Below are positions 47,950-59,326 of a DNA stretch of 64,000 nt, piece after piece. Both the position numbers and the translations under genes were made by a program. The notes under the pieces were generated by a model. It saw only the letters and a program-made list of their open reading frames with translations, had not been told where the DNA came from and ran no database searches. Origin of the DNA: an uncultured Acidaminococcus sp. (GTDB lineage: Bacteria; Bacillota; Negativicutes; Acidaminococcales; Acidaminococcaceae); assembly GCA_905213155.1 (NCBI GenBank), contig CAJMHI010000001.1, positions 11,111-75,110 on the forward strand. Reading direction: 5' to 3'. Each line of letters opens with the position of its first letter. The first letter of the stretch is position 1.

Positions 47950-48726
47950 ATGAAAAAGATGCATGTATTGGCAGGACTAATGGCGGCGTTGATGCTTGCT
48001 GTAGCAGGCTGCGGCGGCAGTGATACGAAGCAGGCGGCAACAGAGCAAAAGGTTTTAAAAGTAGGCACAGAACCTACTTTTGCCCCGTTTGAATTTCAGG
48101 AGAAAGATTCCAAGGATTTCACGGGGTTTGACATGGACCTGATTCGTGCAGTTGGTAAGCAAATGGGAATGAAGGTGGAAATCCAGAATATGGGCTTTGA
48201 TGCCTTGATTCCGGCATTAAACAGCGGAAATATTGATGCTGCCGTAGCGGGTATGAGCATTACCGAAGAACGGAAGAAAAACGTGGACTTTACGGATCCG
48301 TATTATACCTCCGGTCTGGTCGTGGTCGTAACGAATGACAATACCAGCATTAAGAGCATTAACGACTTAAATGGGAAAAAGATTGCAACACAAATCGGCA
48401 CCACCGGTTCCGAACGGGCTTCCAAAGTACCGGGTGCAAAGGTGACTAACTTTAACACCAACGCGGAAGTTTTCCTGGAACTGGAAAATAAAGGAGTGGA
48501 TGCCGTCGTAATCGATAAACCGGTGGCAGCTTACTACCTGACCCAGGGAGGCAAAGGCAAGGACAAAATTGTAGGCGATACAATGGAAGCAGAAGACTAC
48601 GGCATGGCCTTCAAGAAAGGTAGCAAACTGACAGCAGAAGCCAATAAAGTGCTGGCAGAACTGAAGAAAAATGGCGAATATGATAAGATTTATGCCAAAT
48701 GGTTTGGGACAGCCGCTAAAAAATAA
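47950..48726 (+). CDS. Polar amino acid ABC substrate-binding lipoprotein
   Basis: Lipobox VAGC; FAPFEF, GFDMDL, ITEER...VDFTDPYY. Confidence 0.93.
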   Translation: MKKMHVLAGLMAALMLAVAGCGGSDTKQAATEQKVLKVGTEPTFAPFEFQEKDSKDFTGFDMDLIRAVGKQMGMKVEIQNMGFDALIPALNSGNIDAAVAGMSITEERKKNVDFTDPYYTSGLVVVVTNDNTSIKSINDLNGKKIATQIGTTGSERASKVPGAKVTNFNTNAEVFLELENKGVDAVVIDKPVAAYYLTQGGKGKDKIVGDTMEAEDYGMAFKKGSKLTAEANKVLAELKKNGEYDKIYAKWFGTAAKK

Positions 48727-48742
48727 CTAGGAAGGATTTTTC

Positions 48743-49399
48743 ATGAATTTTGAGATTATCGAACAATCCCTGCCGCTACTTTTGGCAGGGGCAGGGATTA
48801 CTGTTGAAATTACCGCTATGAGCGTAGGCCTTGGTATGGCTATTGGCATTGTGGTAGCACTGATCCGTATGTGTGGCATCAAAGTGCTGAAGGTTCTGGG
48901 GGATATTTACGTAGATTTTCTCCGGGGTACGCCGCTTTTGGTCCAGATCTTTCTGGTGTACTTTGCGCTGCCCGCCTTGATCCATCACCGTGTGGATGCG
49001 TATGTAGCCGCCGTTTCTGCCTGCTCTATCAATAGTGGTGCGTATGTGGCAGAGATTTTTAGAGGCGGTATAGAAGCCATCGACAAGGGACAGATGGAAG
49101 CCGGACGCAGTCTGGGTATGACGTGGTGGCAAACTATGCGCCACATTATTTTGCCCCAGGCGTTTAAGCAGATCATCCCGCCATTGGGCAATGAATTTAT
49201 TGCGATGCTAAAGGATTCTTCCTTGGTGTCTGTTATCGGTTTTGAGGAACTGACCCGGCGGGGGCAGCTGATTATCGCCCGCACCTATGCATCCTTTGAG
49301 ATCTGGATGGCGGTTGCTGTAATTTACCTCATCATGACATTTGTGGTGGCGCGGTTTACCGGCTACCTGGAAAAGAGGTTTAAAAAGAATGAACAATGA
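48743..49399 (+). CDS. Polar amino acid ABC permease
   Basis: [28 protein letters not shown]. Confidence 0.93.
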   Translation: MNFEIIEQSLPLLLAGAGITVEITAMSVGLGMAIGIVVALIRMCGIKVLKVLGDIYVDFLRGTPLLVQIFLVYFALPALIHHRVDAYVAAVSACSINSGAYVAEIFRGGIEAIDKGQMEAGRSLGMTWWQTMRHIILPQAFKQIIPPLGNEFIAMLKDSSLVSVIGFEELTRRGQLIIARTYASFEIWMAVAVIYLIMTFVVARFTGYLEKRFKKNEQ

Positions 49400-50120
49400 A
49401 CTGATCCAGGTCCGGGGACTTAGGAAAAACTATGGCAATAACGAAGTCTTAAAGGGGATTGACGTCACCGTGCACGAAAAAGAAGTGATGGTGGTAATCG
49501 GTCCATCCGGCGGCGGCAAGAGCACGTTTTTGCGTTGCTTAAACTATTTGGAAGTGCCTACAAGCGGAGAAATCACCTTTGATGGGATCCCGTTAAACGG
49601 GGACGCAAATATCAACGAAGTCCGCAAAGAAGTGGGAATGGTATTCCAGCGGTTTAATTTGTTCCCCCATATGACGGTTATGGAGAACCTGACACTGGCG
49701 CCTATGATTGTCCGTAAGATGCAAAAGGAAGAAGCAGTGGAAACTGCCAAAAAATATCTGGACAAGGTAGGACTTTTGGAAAAAATAGATGCCTATCCTG
49801 GCTCTTTGTCTGGTGGACAGCAGCAGCGGGTAGCCATAGCCCGCGCTTTGTGTATGAAACCCAAAGCCATGTTATTTGATGAACCTACCAGTGCCCTGGA
49901 TCCGGAAATGATCAATGAAGTGTTGGACGTGATGAAGAGCCTGGCTCACGAGGGCATGACCATGGTAGTGGTAACCCATGAGATGGGGTTTGCCCGGGAA
50001 GTGGGGGACCGGGTTCTGTTTTTGGACGGCGGCATCATTGCAGAGCAGGGGGATCCCCAGGAATTTTTTGCTCATCCACAGAATGAACGGGCCCGCAGCT
50101 TTTTGTCCAAGATTTTATAG
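49389..50120 (+). CDS. Polar amino acid ABC ATP-binding protein (GlnQ-like)
   Basis: [26 protein letters not shown]. Confidence 0.93.
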   Translation: MNNELIQVRGLRKNYGNNEVLKGIDVTVHEKEVMVVIGPSGGGKSTFLRCLNYLEVPTSGEITFDGIPLNGDANINEVRKEVGMVFQRFNLFPHMTVMENLTLAPMIVRKMQKEEAVETAKKYLDKVGLLEKIDAYPGSLSGGQQQRVAIARALCMKPKAMLFDEPTSALDPEMINEVLDVMKSLAHEGMTMVVVTHEMGFAREVGDRVLFLDGGIIAEQGDPQEFFAHPQNERARSFLSKIL

Positions 50121-50204
50121 AAAATATTGCAGGATTTTTCCTATCCATGTAGAACTAATACTATAACAACAAACAGGAATGCCTGTTCTGAGGAGGTAGT
50201 TATC

Positions 50205-50750
50205 ATGGCAGTAAGAGTTCGTGGTAAAAACATTGAAGTGACCCAGGCTTTAAAAGACTACGTGGAAAAGCGCATTGTTACGATTACTAAGCAATTTAAG
50301 ACAGTAGGCGATATTAGCGCTGTAATGCGTGTGGAAAAGGGCAGCCATATTGTTGAAATTACCGTTCCTGCCAGTGGCATTGTGCTGCGGGCTCAGGAAA
50401 GTAGCGACAATATGTACGCCTCTATCGATAAATGCGTGGACAAGATTGAACGGCAGATTCATAAGTATAAAACCCGCCTGATGCGCCGGAAATACAACAA
50501 CTTCCGGGATGAAGCTCCGGCTCCGCTACCAGTGGATGACGAAGAGGTGCAGGAAGAAACGGGAGACTTCGTAGTAGCTCGTGAAAAGACCTATGCCATG
50601 CGTCCCATGGGTGTACAGGAAGCTATTATGCAGATGAATATGCTAAACCACGACTTCTTTGTGTACTTTGATGCAGAGACAGAAAAAATGGCCATTGTAT
50701 ACCGCCGGAGAAGCGGGGACTATGGCGTAATTCGTCCAGAATTGGCGTAA
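50205..50750 (+). CDS. hpf: Ribosome hibernation promoting factor (long HPF)
   Basis: GKNIEVT, MYASID...K.ERQ, EAIMQM..L.H.F.V. Confidence 0.93.
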   Translation: MAVRVRGKNIEVTQALKDYVEKRIVTITKQFKTVGDISAVMRVEKGSHIVEITVPASGIVLRAQESSDNMYASIDKCVDKIERQIHKYKTRLMRRKYNNFRDEAPAPLPVDDEEVQEETGDFVVAREKTYAMRPMGVQEAIMQMNMLNHDFFVYFDAETEKMAIVYRRRSGDYGVIRPELA

Positions 50751-50785
50751 ATGGCGATTGAATCAAGAATTTCATGAAATTTTTA

Positions 50786-50818
50786 CAAAGAGACAGGGCT
50801 TTTGCCCTGTCTCTTTTT
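50786..50818 (+). terminator. Intrinsic terminator
   Basis: AAAGAGACAGGGC/GCCCTGTCTCTTT. Confidence 0.85.
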
Positions 50819-50906
50819 GCTTTTCCTAAGTGCTTTTGCTATAATAAAAAAATAAGCTTAGAGGAGTGTAGAGCACCTTTGGTGCTTTAGAATAGGAGTG
50901 ATATTT

Positions 50907-53321
50907 TTGCTGGAACAGCTGATGAAACTGGTCTTTGGGGATCCTAATAAAAAAGAACTGAAGATCTGCCAAAACTATGTAACGCAAATCAATGCTTTGG
51001 AACCAGAAATTTCCCGGCTCAGTGATGCCCGCCTCCGGGCAAAAACCGATGAATTCAGACTGCGCCTTACCAAAGGGGAGACACTGGATGACCTTCTGCC
51101 GGAAGCGTTTGCTGTGGTGCGGGAAGCGTCCAAGCGCGTTTTGGGGCTCAGACATTTTGATGTGCAGCTCATCGGGGGCTGCATCCTCCATCGGGGAAAT
51201 ATTGCGGAAATGAAGACCGGTGAAGGTAAAACTCTTGTTGCCACGTTGCCGGCATACCTCAATGCACTGGAAGGCAAGGGCGTTCATGTTGTAACAGTTA
51301 ACGACTATCTGGCACGGCGTGACAGTGAAGATATGGGCCGGGTATACCGCTTTTTGGGGATGAGTGTAGGTCTTATTATCCATGACCTGGATTATCCTGA
51401 TCGGAAGGCTGCCTATGCTGCCGATATTACCTATGGCACTAATAACGAATTTGGATTTGACTATTTGCGGGATAATATGGTGGTTTCCCTGGACCAGATG
51501 GTACAGCGGCCCTTGCATTATGCCATCGTGGATGAAGTGGATAGTATCCTGATTGACGAGGCTAGAACTCCGCTGATTATTTCCGGACCGGGAGAAAAAT
51601 CCACAGAACTCTACAATGTGATGGCAGCCATTGTCCACAATTTCAAAGAGAATACAGATTATACCGTGGACGAAAAAATGAAAACAGTAGCACCTACGGC
51701 TGCCGGTATTGCTAAAACTGAAAAAGCCCTGGGTGTACAAAATATGTATGAGACCACAGACGGCGTAGACTATTCTCATCAGCTGATGGCCGCACTGAAA
51801 GCGAAATCTCTCATGATCCGTGACCGGGATTATGTGGTCAAAGACGGGGAAGTTATTATCGTAGATGAATTCACCGGCCGTTTGATGTATGGCCGCCGCT
51901 TCTCAGAAGGGCTGCACCAGGCTATTGAAGCCAAGGAACATGTAAAAGTAGAACGGGAAAGCCAGACCCTGGCTACCATCACGTTCCAGAATTATTTCCG
52001 GATGTATGACAAATTATCCGGCATGACCGGCACGGCTAAGACGGAAGAACAGGAATTCCAGAAAATTTATGGCCTGTCCGTTTATGTAGTGCCTACGAAT
52101 AAGCCAAATATCCGGATAGATCATCCTGACGTAATTTATAAGACCAAAAAGGCAAAATATCGGGCTGTGGTACGGGCTATCAAAGAACTCCATGCTAAAG
52201 GACGCCCGGTGCTAGTGGGTACAACCTCAATCCAACAGAGTGAGGAACTGTCCGGTATGCTCCAGAAAGAAGGCATTCCCCATAATGTATTAAATGCCAA
52301 GTTCCACGAAAAAGAAGCGGAAATTGTGGCAGATGCCGGGCAAAAGAATGCTGTTACCATTGCTACCAACATGGCGGGCCGTGGCACGGATATTGTGCTG
52401 GGCGATGGTATCGCTGAACTCGGTGGCCTTCATATCATCGGGACAGAACGGCACGAATCCCGGCGTATAGATAACCAGTTGCGAGGCCGTTGTGCTCGTC
52501 AGGGAGACCCGGGTTCCACCCGTTTTTACCTGTCTTTGGAAGATGACTTGATGCGGCTATTTGGCAGTGATAACATCTCAGGCATTATGGACCGGCTGGG
52601 CATGGACGAAGACGACCCCATCGAACATAAATTGGTAACGCGTTCCATTGAAAATGCCCAAAAGAAAGTGGAATCCAGAAACTTTGATATCCGTAAACAC
52701 GTTCTGGAATACGACGACGTGATGAACGAACAAAGAGAAGTGATCTACGACCAACGGCGGAAGATCCTGGAAAAAGCGGTATTGAAGGATACCGTGCTGG
52801 ACATGGCCGATCATATAGCAGACCGGGCCCTGGAAATGTATGTGCCAAAGGATGCGTATAGTGAAGATTGGGACTTAAAAAGCCTCGTAACCTATACAGA
52901 AGAATTCTTTGCGCCGCAGGGCAAGTTGCAGGTGGATGAATTGTCCAATATGAGCCGGGAAGAACTGGCCGAATACCTGCATAAGGTGGCTCACGACTAC
53001 TATGATGAACGGGAAAAAGCCATCGGAGCTCCGATTATGCGGGAACTGGAAAACCTGATCATGCTGAAAGTGGTAGATAATCACTGGATGGAACACTTGG
53101 ATTCCATGGATGCCCTGCGGGAAGGTATTGGACTTCGGGCCTATGGGCAACGGGATCCGCTGGTGGAATACAAATTTGAAGCGTATGACATGTTTGAAGC
53201 CATGAAGGAAGCGATTGTAGACGATGTAGTGAAATATATGTACCGGGTGAACGTGGTAACCCAACCCACGGTGGAGGACCACCTGTCCCAGGCTTCGGAA
53301 AACAATCCCTCCGTGGATTAA
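50907..53321 (+). CDS. secA: Preprotein translocase SecA lacking the C-terminal SEC-C motif
   Basis: [43 protein letters not shown] start after AGGAGTG. Confidence 0.97.
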   Translation: MLEQLMKLVFGDPNKKELKICQNYVTQINALEPEISRLSDARLRAKTDEFRLRLTKGETLDDLLPEAFAVVREASKRVLGLRHFDVQLIGGCILHRGNIAEMKTGEGKTLVATLPAYLNALEGKGVHVVTVNDYLARRDSEDMGRVYRFLGMSVGLIIHDLDYPDRKAAYAADITYGTNNEFGFDYLRDNMVVSLDQMVQRPLHYAIVDEVDSILIDEARTPLIISGPGEKSTELYNVMAAIVHNFKENTDYTVDEKMKTVAPTAAGIAKTEKALGVQNMYETTDGVDYSHQLMAALKAKSLMIRDRDYVVKDGEVIIVDEFTGRLMYGRRFSEGLHQAIEAKEHVKVERESQTLATITFQNYFRMYDKLSGMTGTAKTEEQEFQKIYGLSVYVVPTNKPNIRIDHPDVIYKTKKAKYRAVVRAIKELHAKGRPVLVGTTSIQQSEELSGMLQKEGIPHNVLNAKFHEKEAEIVADAGQKNAVTIATNMAGRGTDIVLGDGIAELGGLHIIGTERHESRRIDNQLRGRCARQGDPGSTRFYLSLEDDLMRLFGSDNISGIMDRLGMDEDDPIEHKLVTRSIENAQKKVESRNFDIRKHVLEYDDVMNEQREVIYDQRRKILEKAVLKDTVLDMADHIADRALEMYVPKDAYSEDWDLKSLVTYTEEFFAPQGKLQVDELSNMSREELAEYLHKVAHDYYDEREKAIGAPIMRELENLIMLKVVDNHWMEHLDSMDALREGIGLRAYGQRDPLVEYKFEAYDMFEAMKEAIVDDVVKYMYRVNVVTQPTVEDHLSQASENNPSVD

Positions 53322-53446
53322 AAATGAAAAGCCATTGTGGCAAAATGCAGGAACGGAGCCGGGGGAGTACTGGCTTCGTTTCATGTGTTTTTAAAGAGCT
53401 CAGAAAGATTTGTTTATGAGATTGCTAAGAAAAGGGGTAGGACAGC

Positions 53447-54547
53447 TTGTTACTGGAAGAAATGAGACCGGCCATTAGCCGCTTGAAAGAAAAATTAGAG
53501 GAATTAAAAGGCGGACTCAAAATCGAACAAAAGGAAGAGCGGATCCAGGACTTAGAATACCAGATGGCAGCGCCGGGCTTTTGGGATACGCCGGATAAAG
53601 CCCAGAAGACAGCCCAGGAAGCCAACAATCTTAAAAATGATGTGGATACCTACAAAAAGCTGGAACAAAAACTGGACGATCTGGGGACCCTATGGGAAAT
53701 GACCATGGAAGAAAAGGACGACAGCCTGCAAAAAGAAATGGAGCAGGATCTGGAAGATGCCCAAGTATCCCTCCGGGAATTGGAGCTGGGTATGTTGCTG
53801 TCGGATGCCTATGACGCCAATAATGCTATTTTGACCTTGCATGCCGGCGCAGGCGGCACGGAAGCCCAGGACTGGACTAGCATGCTGATGCGTATGTTCA
53901 CCCGCTATGCAGAAGAAAAAAACTTCACTGTAGACCTATTGGATGTGCTCGCTGGAGAAGAAGCGGGGATTAAAAGCGCTACTCTTTCTATACAGGGACA
54001 CAATGCGTATGGCTATTTGAAAAGCGAAAAGGGGGTGCACCGTCTCGTTCGGATTTCTCCCTTTGATTCCAATGCCCGCAGGCATACTTCCTTTGCCGCC
54101 GTGGACGTGATGCCGGAACTGGATGATACGGTAGAAGTGAATCTGAATATGGACGATGTCCGGGTAGATTATTACCGTGCCAGCGGTGCCGGTGGGCAGC
54201 ACGTCAACAAAACATCCTCTGCGGTACGGATGACACATATCCCTACGGGAATTGTAGTGCAATGCCAGAATGAACGGAGTCAGCTCCAAAACAAAGAGCG
54301 CTGTCTGCAGCTTTTGCGTGCCAAACTCTATGAGTATGAAAAAGCAATACAGGATGAAAAAATCAGTGAGATTGCCGGGGATTATCAGTCCATTGAATGG
54401 GGTAGCCAGATTCGCTCGTATGTATTCCAGCCTTATACTATGGTTAAAGATCACCGGACTGGAGCGGAGTCCAGCAATGTGCAGGCTGTGATGGATGGAG
54501 ATCTGGATCCGTTTGTGGAAGCCTATTTACGGAGTCTGAAGCATTAA
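53447..54547 (+). CDS. prfB: Peptide chain release factor 2, uninterrupted ORF
   Basis: SPF motif (RISPFD), GAGGQHVN, WGSQIRSY. Confidence 0.96.
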   Translation: MLLEEMRPAISRLKEKLEELKGGLKIEQKEERIQDLEYQMAAPGFWDTPDKAQKTAQEANNLKNDVDTYKKLEQKLDDLGTLWEMTMEEKDDSLQKEMEQDLEDAQVSLRELELGMLLSDAYDANNAILTLHAGAGGTEAQDWTSMLMRMFTRYAEEKNFTVDLLDVLAGEEAGIKSATLSIQGHNAYGYLKSEKGVHRLVRISPFDSNARRHTSFAAVDVMPELDDTVEVNLNMDDVRVDYYRASGAGGQHVNKTSSAVRMTHIPTGIVVQCQNERSQLQNKERCLQLLRAKLYEYEKAIQDEKISEIAGDYQSIEWGSQIRSYVFQPYTMVKDHRTGAESSNVQAVMDGDLDPFVEAYLRSLKH

Positions 54548-54548
54548 T

Positions 54549-56645
54549 ATGAAACGTTATCAAAAACTATTCCTGGCCTTGGTGGGATTGGGATTATGTG
54601 CTACGCTCTATCTCAATTTCCAGCGGGAACAGGTAGAAAATGCTAATAAAACGATAGAAACGGTAATGGAATATAACGCCCTGGTACGAATTGCCCAAAA
54701 TGAGGGGGTTCCTAAAGAGACGGTCTTTAACGAATTTAAGAAGCGGGGAGTAACGACTCTCGCTGTCTTTGATACCAGTTTGGATAAGCTGGTGCAGAAT
54801 GGGAGTATTACTGCCATTACCGGGACAGAACTGCTTAAGCAAAAAAATACGGGAAGCCTATCTCCTTTATGGCAGCAGGTGATCCATCGTCCAGATTTTA
54901 CCGTGGATGCTGTCTATTTGATGGCGGGCACCAGCGAACGGGGCTTACAGGAAGCAGCAGAGGATATCCGGCTGCGTTTTGGTCCCAGCAGGATCCGGGA
55001 AATGAGCACTTCTCCACAGATTTTCCAATTTACCGGGGATATGATAAGCAGCAAGAATGCGGTTGCCGGTGACGAACGTGGCGTGCGGGAGATGGACTTA
55101 GGCCCCAGTACCGACGAATTAGAAGATGTGACAAAAAATGGGTTTATGGTTGCCGTTCGTCCCACGAACTATTGCGCCAGGTATACCGCAGAAGCTGCCA
55201 GTGAAAAAGAGCAGGTGGAGGCTTTTTTCAAACGCCTGGATCAAAGCGGGGCACATATTTCCCTGATCTTAGGCAGCGGCAAGCAGATGCTGGGCAATCC
55301 GGATCAGCTGTCGCTTGTTGCTGAGGAATTACTCCGCCGGCATATCACACTGGGCATGGTAGAAGGCGTAACACAGCTGCAGTTTATTAAACTAGAAGGG
55401 CTGACCGACCTGGCAAAACTCATGCACTACCAGGGCGCACGTACCTACGTCATTGCCGATGCGGAGCAGCGCAAAATGGAAGTCTTTGATGCGTTCCGGC
55501 GCTGGTCTTTATCGGATGAAGAACGGAATATCCGAGTGAATTATATTAAAACTTTCCTGACACCTCGTGATAATAAAACGCTTCTTGCTACCAACCTGGA
55601 TTATGTGGAGCAGGTAACGCGGGATGTAAACCGCAAAGGATTTCAAAGTGGTGCGGCAGCGATTTATCAGGTCTACCAGCCCAGCAGGCTATTTTATATT
55701 CCTATGGCCTTTTCCCTGGCTGCTGCCTGGTGCCTGTATTTCTTAAAAATGGGGATTTTGCGGGAAGCGCACTATGCTAAATTGACCGTAGTATTAGGGC
55801 TTTTACTTTGTGCGGGCATTGCAGCAGGACCCCTTACTCTTTTGACGAGGCAGTCGATTGCTTTAGGCGCTGCGGTTATCTTCCCGGTGCTTTCCATTAG
55901 CCGCATGCTTACTATTTGGGATAAAAATAATGGACAAGGTTCGTTACTTAAAGTTGCCTCCAGCAGCGTTGTCTATTTGTTTGAAACCCTGTTCCTCAGC
56001 ATGGTAGGAGCTTCTATGATCGGGGCGGTATTAAGTGATACCCGCTTTCTTTTGGAATTGGACATCTACCGGGGTGTTAAAGCAACCTTCATGCTCCATG
56101 TGATCCTCACGTTCCTGCTATTTATCCGTACCCACGGATTGTGGCAGGAAGGGGAATCCTGGTTAACTCCATTACGCCGAATTAAAAACTTTTTGGCCCG
56201 GCCGCTGACGCTAAAGGCACTTGTGATACTGGGAGTATTTGCCTTTGTGGCCTGGGTATTTATTGGTCGCAGCGGCCATACGGCAGGGGTGCCAGTACCT
56301 GGCATTGAAATCAAGCTCCGCTGGTTCTTGGAAGAAACCATGCGGGCGCGTCCCAGGGAAAAAGAATTCCTTATTGGACACCCAGCTTTCTTCCTGGCGG
56401 CTTGGGCAGCCTGGAAAAAACTTCCTGTTTGGTTCTACGGACTATGTACAGTAGGCGCAGTTATCGGACAGGGCAGTGCTGTGCAGACTTTTTGTCATAT
56501 GCGCTCGCCGATTTTACTAAGTTATACCCGTGCCTGGGATGGTTTTTTGGTAGGTTCTGTGCTGGGACTTATTGCCCTATGTCTTTTTGCAGGTATCTAC
56601 CGGGTATGGAAAACATGGTGGCAGAGGAGGAACGGGCTTGCGTAA
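54549..56645 (+). CDS. DUF5693-type membrane protein (csaB-associated)
   Basis: ERNIR, RGVK, RPR.KEFLIGHP, TFCH; multi-TM C-terminal half. Confidence 0.8.
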   Translation: MKRYQKLFLALVGLGLCATLYLNFQREQVENANKTIETVMEYNALVRIAQNEGVPKETVFNEFKKRGVTTLAVFDTSLDKLVQNGSITAITGTELLKQKNTGSLSPLWQQVIHRPDFTVDAVYLMAGTSERGLQEAAEDIRLRFGPSRIREMSTSPQIFQFTGDMISSKNAVAGDERGVREMDLGPSTDELEDVTKNGFMVAVRPTNYCARYTAEAASEKEQVEAFFKRLDQSGAHISLILGSGKQMLGNPDQLSLVAEELLRRHITLGMVEGVTQLQFIKLEGLTDLAKLMHYQGARTYVIADAEQRKMEVFDAFRRWSLSDEERNIRVNYIKTFLTPRDNKTLLATNLDYVEQVTRDVNRKGFQSGAAAIYQVYQPSRLFYIPMAFSLAAAWCLYFLKMGILREAHYAKLTVVLGLLLCAGIAAGPLTLLTRQSIALGAAVIFPVLSISRMLTIWDKNNGQGSLLKVASSSVVYLFETLFLSMVGASMIGAVLSDTRFLLELDIYRGVKATFMLHVILTFLLFIRTHGLWQEGESWLTPLRRIKNFLARPLTLKALVILGVFAFVAWVFIGRSGHTAGVPVPGIEIKLRWFLEETMRARPREKEFLIGHPAFFLAAWAAWKKLPVWFYGLCTVGAVIGQGSAVQTFCHMRSPILLSYTRAWDGFLVGSVLGLIALCLFAGIYRVWKTWWQRRNGLA

Positions 56646-57732
56646 GATTCTGATTTCTGGATATTATGGCTTTTCTAACGCAGGGGATGAGGCCATGCTG
56701 ACTGCCATTGTCACAGGGCTCAGAGCCCAAGATCCCCAGGTAGAACTGACTGTTTTGTCCGGACATCCGGAACTGACCCAATCACTGCAGCAGGTGAAAT
56801 CTATTCACCGCTTTAACGCTTTAGGGATTTTGCGGGCAATGTGGCACACAGATCTGCTGCTTTCCGGCGGTGGCAGCTTATTGCAGAACGTAACCAGCCA
56901 GGTAAGCCTCTTTTATTATTTATCTATTATCGGGTTAGCGTCCCTCTTTGGGAAAAAAATCATGCTTTTTGCTCAGGGCATCGGCCCTATCCACGGGCGG
57001 TTTGCCCGCTGGCTCACACATCAAATCTGCCAAAGAGCAGATTTGATTACAGTACGGGATGATGGTTCTCTGAATGATTTAAAGCGCATGGGGTTTAAAG
57101 AAAGCGTAGTGCATGTAACCAGCGATGCCGTCTTCTCTCTGCCTGAGGGACAGTTTGCAGCTGGAAAAAAGCGGCTGGCTTCCTTGGGCCTGGATCTCAA
57201 GCGTCCGATTGTCGGCATGGCACTCAGGCACTGGAAAGGGGAAGACCGGTATATCCGGGAATTTGCTAAGGCTGCGGATCAGTTAAGTGCAGCCTATCAT
57301 GCCCAGATTTTATTTGTCCCTCTGCAGTTTCCCGCCGATCTAGACCTATCCCGCCGCGTACAGGCGCAAATGAAAACAAAGGATGCTGTATTTATCCTGC
57401 CCGCCAAATGCTCTACCCAGGGATATCAGGATCTGGTGCGCTGCTGCCATATGCTTATCGGGATGCGGCTTCACGCACTGGTCTTTGCGGCGCTTAATAA
57501 TGTGCCCTTTATGGCAGTATCCTACGATCCGAAGGTTGACCGCTTTGTTAAGGGCATGGAAGGCGCGATAGCAGGCAATATAAATACGATTACATCTAGT
57601 GATATTGTTCAGGCGGCGGCGTCCCTATGGCATAAAGATGGGCGGCAGCCAAGCAATAAAATCCAGGCTCTGCACCAGGAAGCTGTCGCCAACTTGCAGC
57701 GGGCACTGAAACTTTTGCCCCAGAGCGAATAA
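56638..57732 (+). CDS. csaB: Polysaccharide pyruvyl transferase
   Basis: SGYYGF.N.GDEA, GGGSLLQ..TS, QGIGP, MRLH, YDPKV. Confidence 0.92.
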   Translation: MRKILISGYYGFSNAGDEAMLTAIVTGLRAQDPQVELTVLSGHPELTQSLQQVKSIHRFNALGILRAMWHTDLLLSGGGSLLQNVTSQVSLFYYLSIIGLASLFGKKIMLFAQGIGPIHGRFARWLTHQICQRADLITVRDDGSLNDLKRMGFKESVVHVTSDAVFSLPEGQFAAGKKRLASLGLDLKRPIVGMALRHWKGEDRYIREFAKAADQLSAAYHAQILFVPLQFPADLDLSRRVQAQMKTKDAVFILPAKCSTQGYQDLVRCCHMLIGMRLHALVFAALNNVPFMAVSYDPKVDRFVKGMEGAIAGNINTITSSDIVQAAASLWHKDGRQPSNKIQALHQEAVANLQRALKLLPQSE

Positions 57733-57750
57733 ATTAAGGAGGTGCCCGAA

Positions 57751-58437
57751 ATGCTCATCATGCGTCATGCAGGAAAAACATATCCGGGCGGGGCAGCGGC
57801 CCTGACGGATGTCAATATACATATTCAATCAGGAGAGTTCGTTTTTCTAGTGGGTCCCAGCGGCGCTGGAAAATCTACGTTCATGAAACTCATCACACGG
57901 GAAATTGAGCCTACCAGCGGGCAAATCCTGGTGGACGGGGTGGACGTTATGCAGCTGCACAGGGGAGATATTCCCTATCTAAGACGGCAGCTGGGGATTG
58001 TGTTCCAGGATTTTCGTCTGTTAAATGATCGCACAGCTTTTGAAAACGTGGCCTTTGCCATGCGTGTGATTGAAGCGCCCCGGAAAAAAATCAAATCCAG
58101 GGTGCAGGAAGTCATGGAACTCGTAGGCCTTAAAGATCGAATGAACAACTATCCAGGGGAAATGAGCGGCGGAGAGCAGCAACGCGTTGCTATTGCCCGG
58201 GCCATCGTAAATGATCCTTTGATGGTGATTGCGGATGAACCTACCGGGAACCTGGACCCGGAAACCAGTATGGATATTATGAATATTTTCTCCCAGATCA
58301 ATCATAATGGGACTACCATCATCATGGCGACCCACGATAAGACCATGGTGGACTATATGCAAAAACGAGTTATTGCCATTGAAAACGGGCGCGTCGTCCG
58401 GGATGAACGTAAAGGAGTCTATGGGTATGAACTTTAA
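57751..58437 (+). CDS. ftsE: Cell division ATP-binding protein FtsE
   Basis: [25 protein letters not shown]. Confidence 0.95.
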   Translation: MLIMRHAGKTYPGGAAALTDVNIHIQSGEFVFLVGPSGAGKSTFMKLITREIEPTSGQILVDGVDVMQLHRGDIPYLRRQLGIVFQDFRLLNDRTAFENVAFAMRVIEAPRKKIKSRVQEVMELVGLKDRMNNYPGEMSGGEQQRVAIARAIVNDPLMVIADEPTGNLDPETSMDIMNIFSQINHNGTTIIMATHDKTMVDYMQKRVIAIENGRVVRDERKGVYGYEL

Positions 58438-59314
58438 TACACTGGAGTATTATATAAAAGAGACCTTTACCTCCCTGAAACGAAATTCCCTAATGACCAT
58501 TGCCTCTATTTCCACAGTGGCTCTATCTATTCTGGTTCTAGGCATGTTTCTGGTCATGGTGCTGAACGTGAATAACATCGCCTCCCATCTGGAAAACCAG
58601 GTGCAGATCACGGTTTATATGAAAGATCAGGTCAGCGCCACACAGCTGCAGCAGATGGAAAAAGTCCTGAAAAGTAGTAAGGGCGTGGTTGATGTAACGG
58701 CGGTAAGCAAACAGCAGGCGCTTGCGGAGTTTAAGAAACGCCTGGGAGATCAACAGAGACTGCTGGATGCCCTGGGAGAAGATAATCCTTTCCCCGCCTC
58801 TTTTGAAGTGCAGGTGGATCAACCGGAGCGAATTGCCAAACTGGTACCTCAAATTGAAAAAATGCCAGGGGTAGAAACAGCCCGCTTTGGACAGGAAGCC
58901 GTAAAGAATCTCTTTCGCTTAACCCGTATTCTGCGGCTGGGCGGCCTCCTTTTAATCTTTCTTTTGGCTGTGGCCACGCTCTTTATTATTTCTAATACCA
59001 TCCGAATTACGGTATTTGCCCGCCGCCGTGAAGTAAACATTATGAAATATGTGGGAGCGACAGACAGCTTTATTAGATGTCCTTTTATTTTGGAAGGGAT
59101 GCTCATGGGCTTTACCGGGGCTCTTTTGGCCGCACTGGCACTGAACCAGCTCTATTTAGCGGCGCAGGAACGTATTTATGGTATGCTGGCCTTCTTCCCT
59201 CTGCTGCCCTATTGGCCCATGATGGGGATTTTGGGGGCCGGCCTTGTCCTGGTGGGGACACTCATTGGTGCTCTGGGCAGTATGCTGAGCCTGCAACGGT
59301 TCCTCAAGGTGTAA
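58427..59314 (+). CDS. ftsX: Cell division permease FtsX
   Basis: ISNTIR...ARR.E..IMK.VGAT..FIR.PF..EG. Confidence 0.95.
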   Translation: MNFNTLEYYIKETFTSLKRNSLMTIASISTVALSILVLGMFLVMVLNVNNIASHLENQVQITVYMKDQVSATQLQQMEKVLKSSKGVVDVTAVSKQQALAEFKKRLGDQQRLLDALGEDNPFPASFEVQVDQPERIAKLVPQIEKMPGVETARFGQEAVKNLFRLTRILRLGGLLLIFLLAVATLFIISNTIRITVFARRREVNIMKYVGATDSFIRCPFILEGMLMGFTGALLAALALNQLYLAAQERIYGMLAFFPLLPYWPMMGILGAGLVLVGTLIGALGSMLSLQRFLKV

Positions 59315-59326
59315 GGGGGCAGTACC

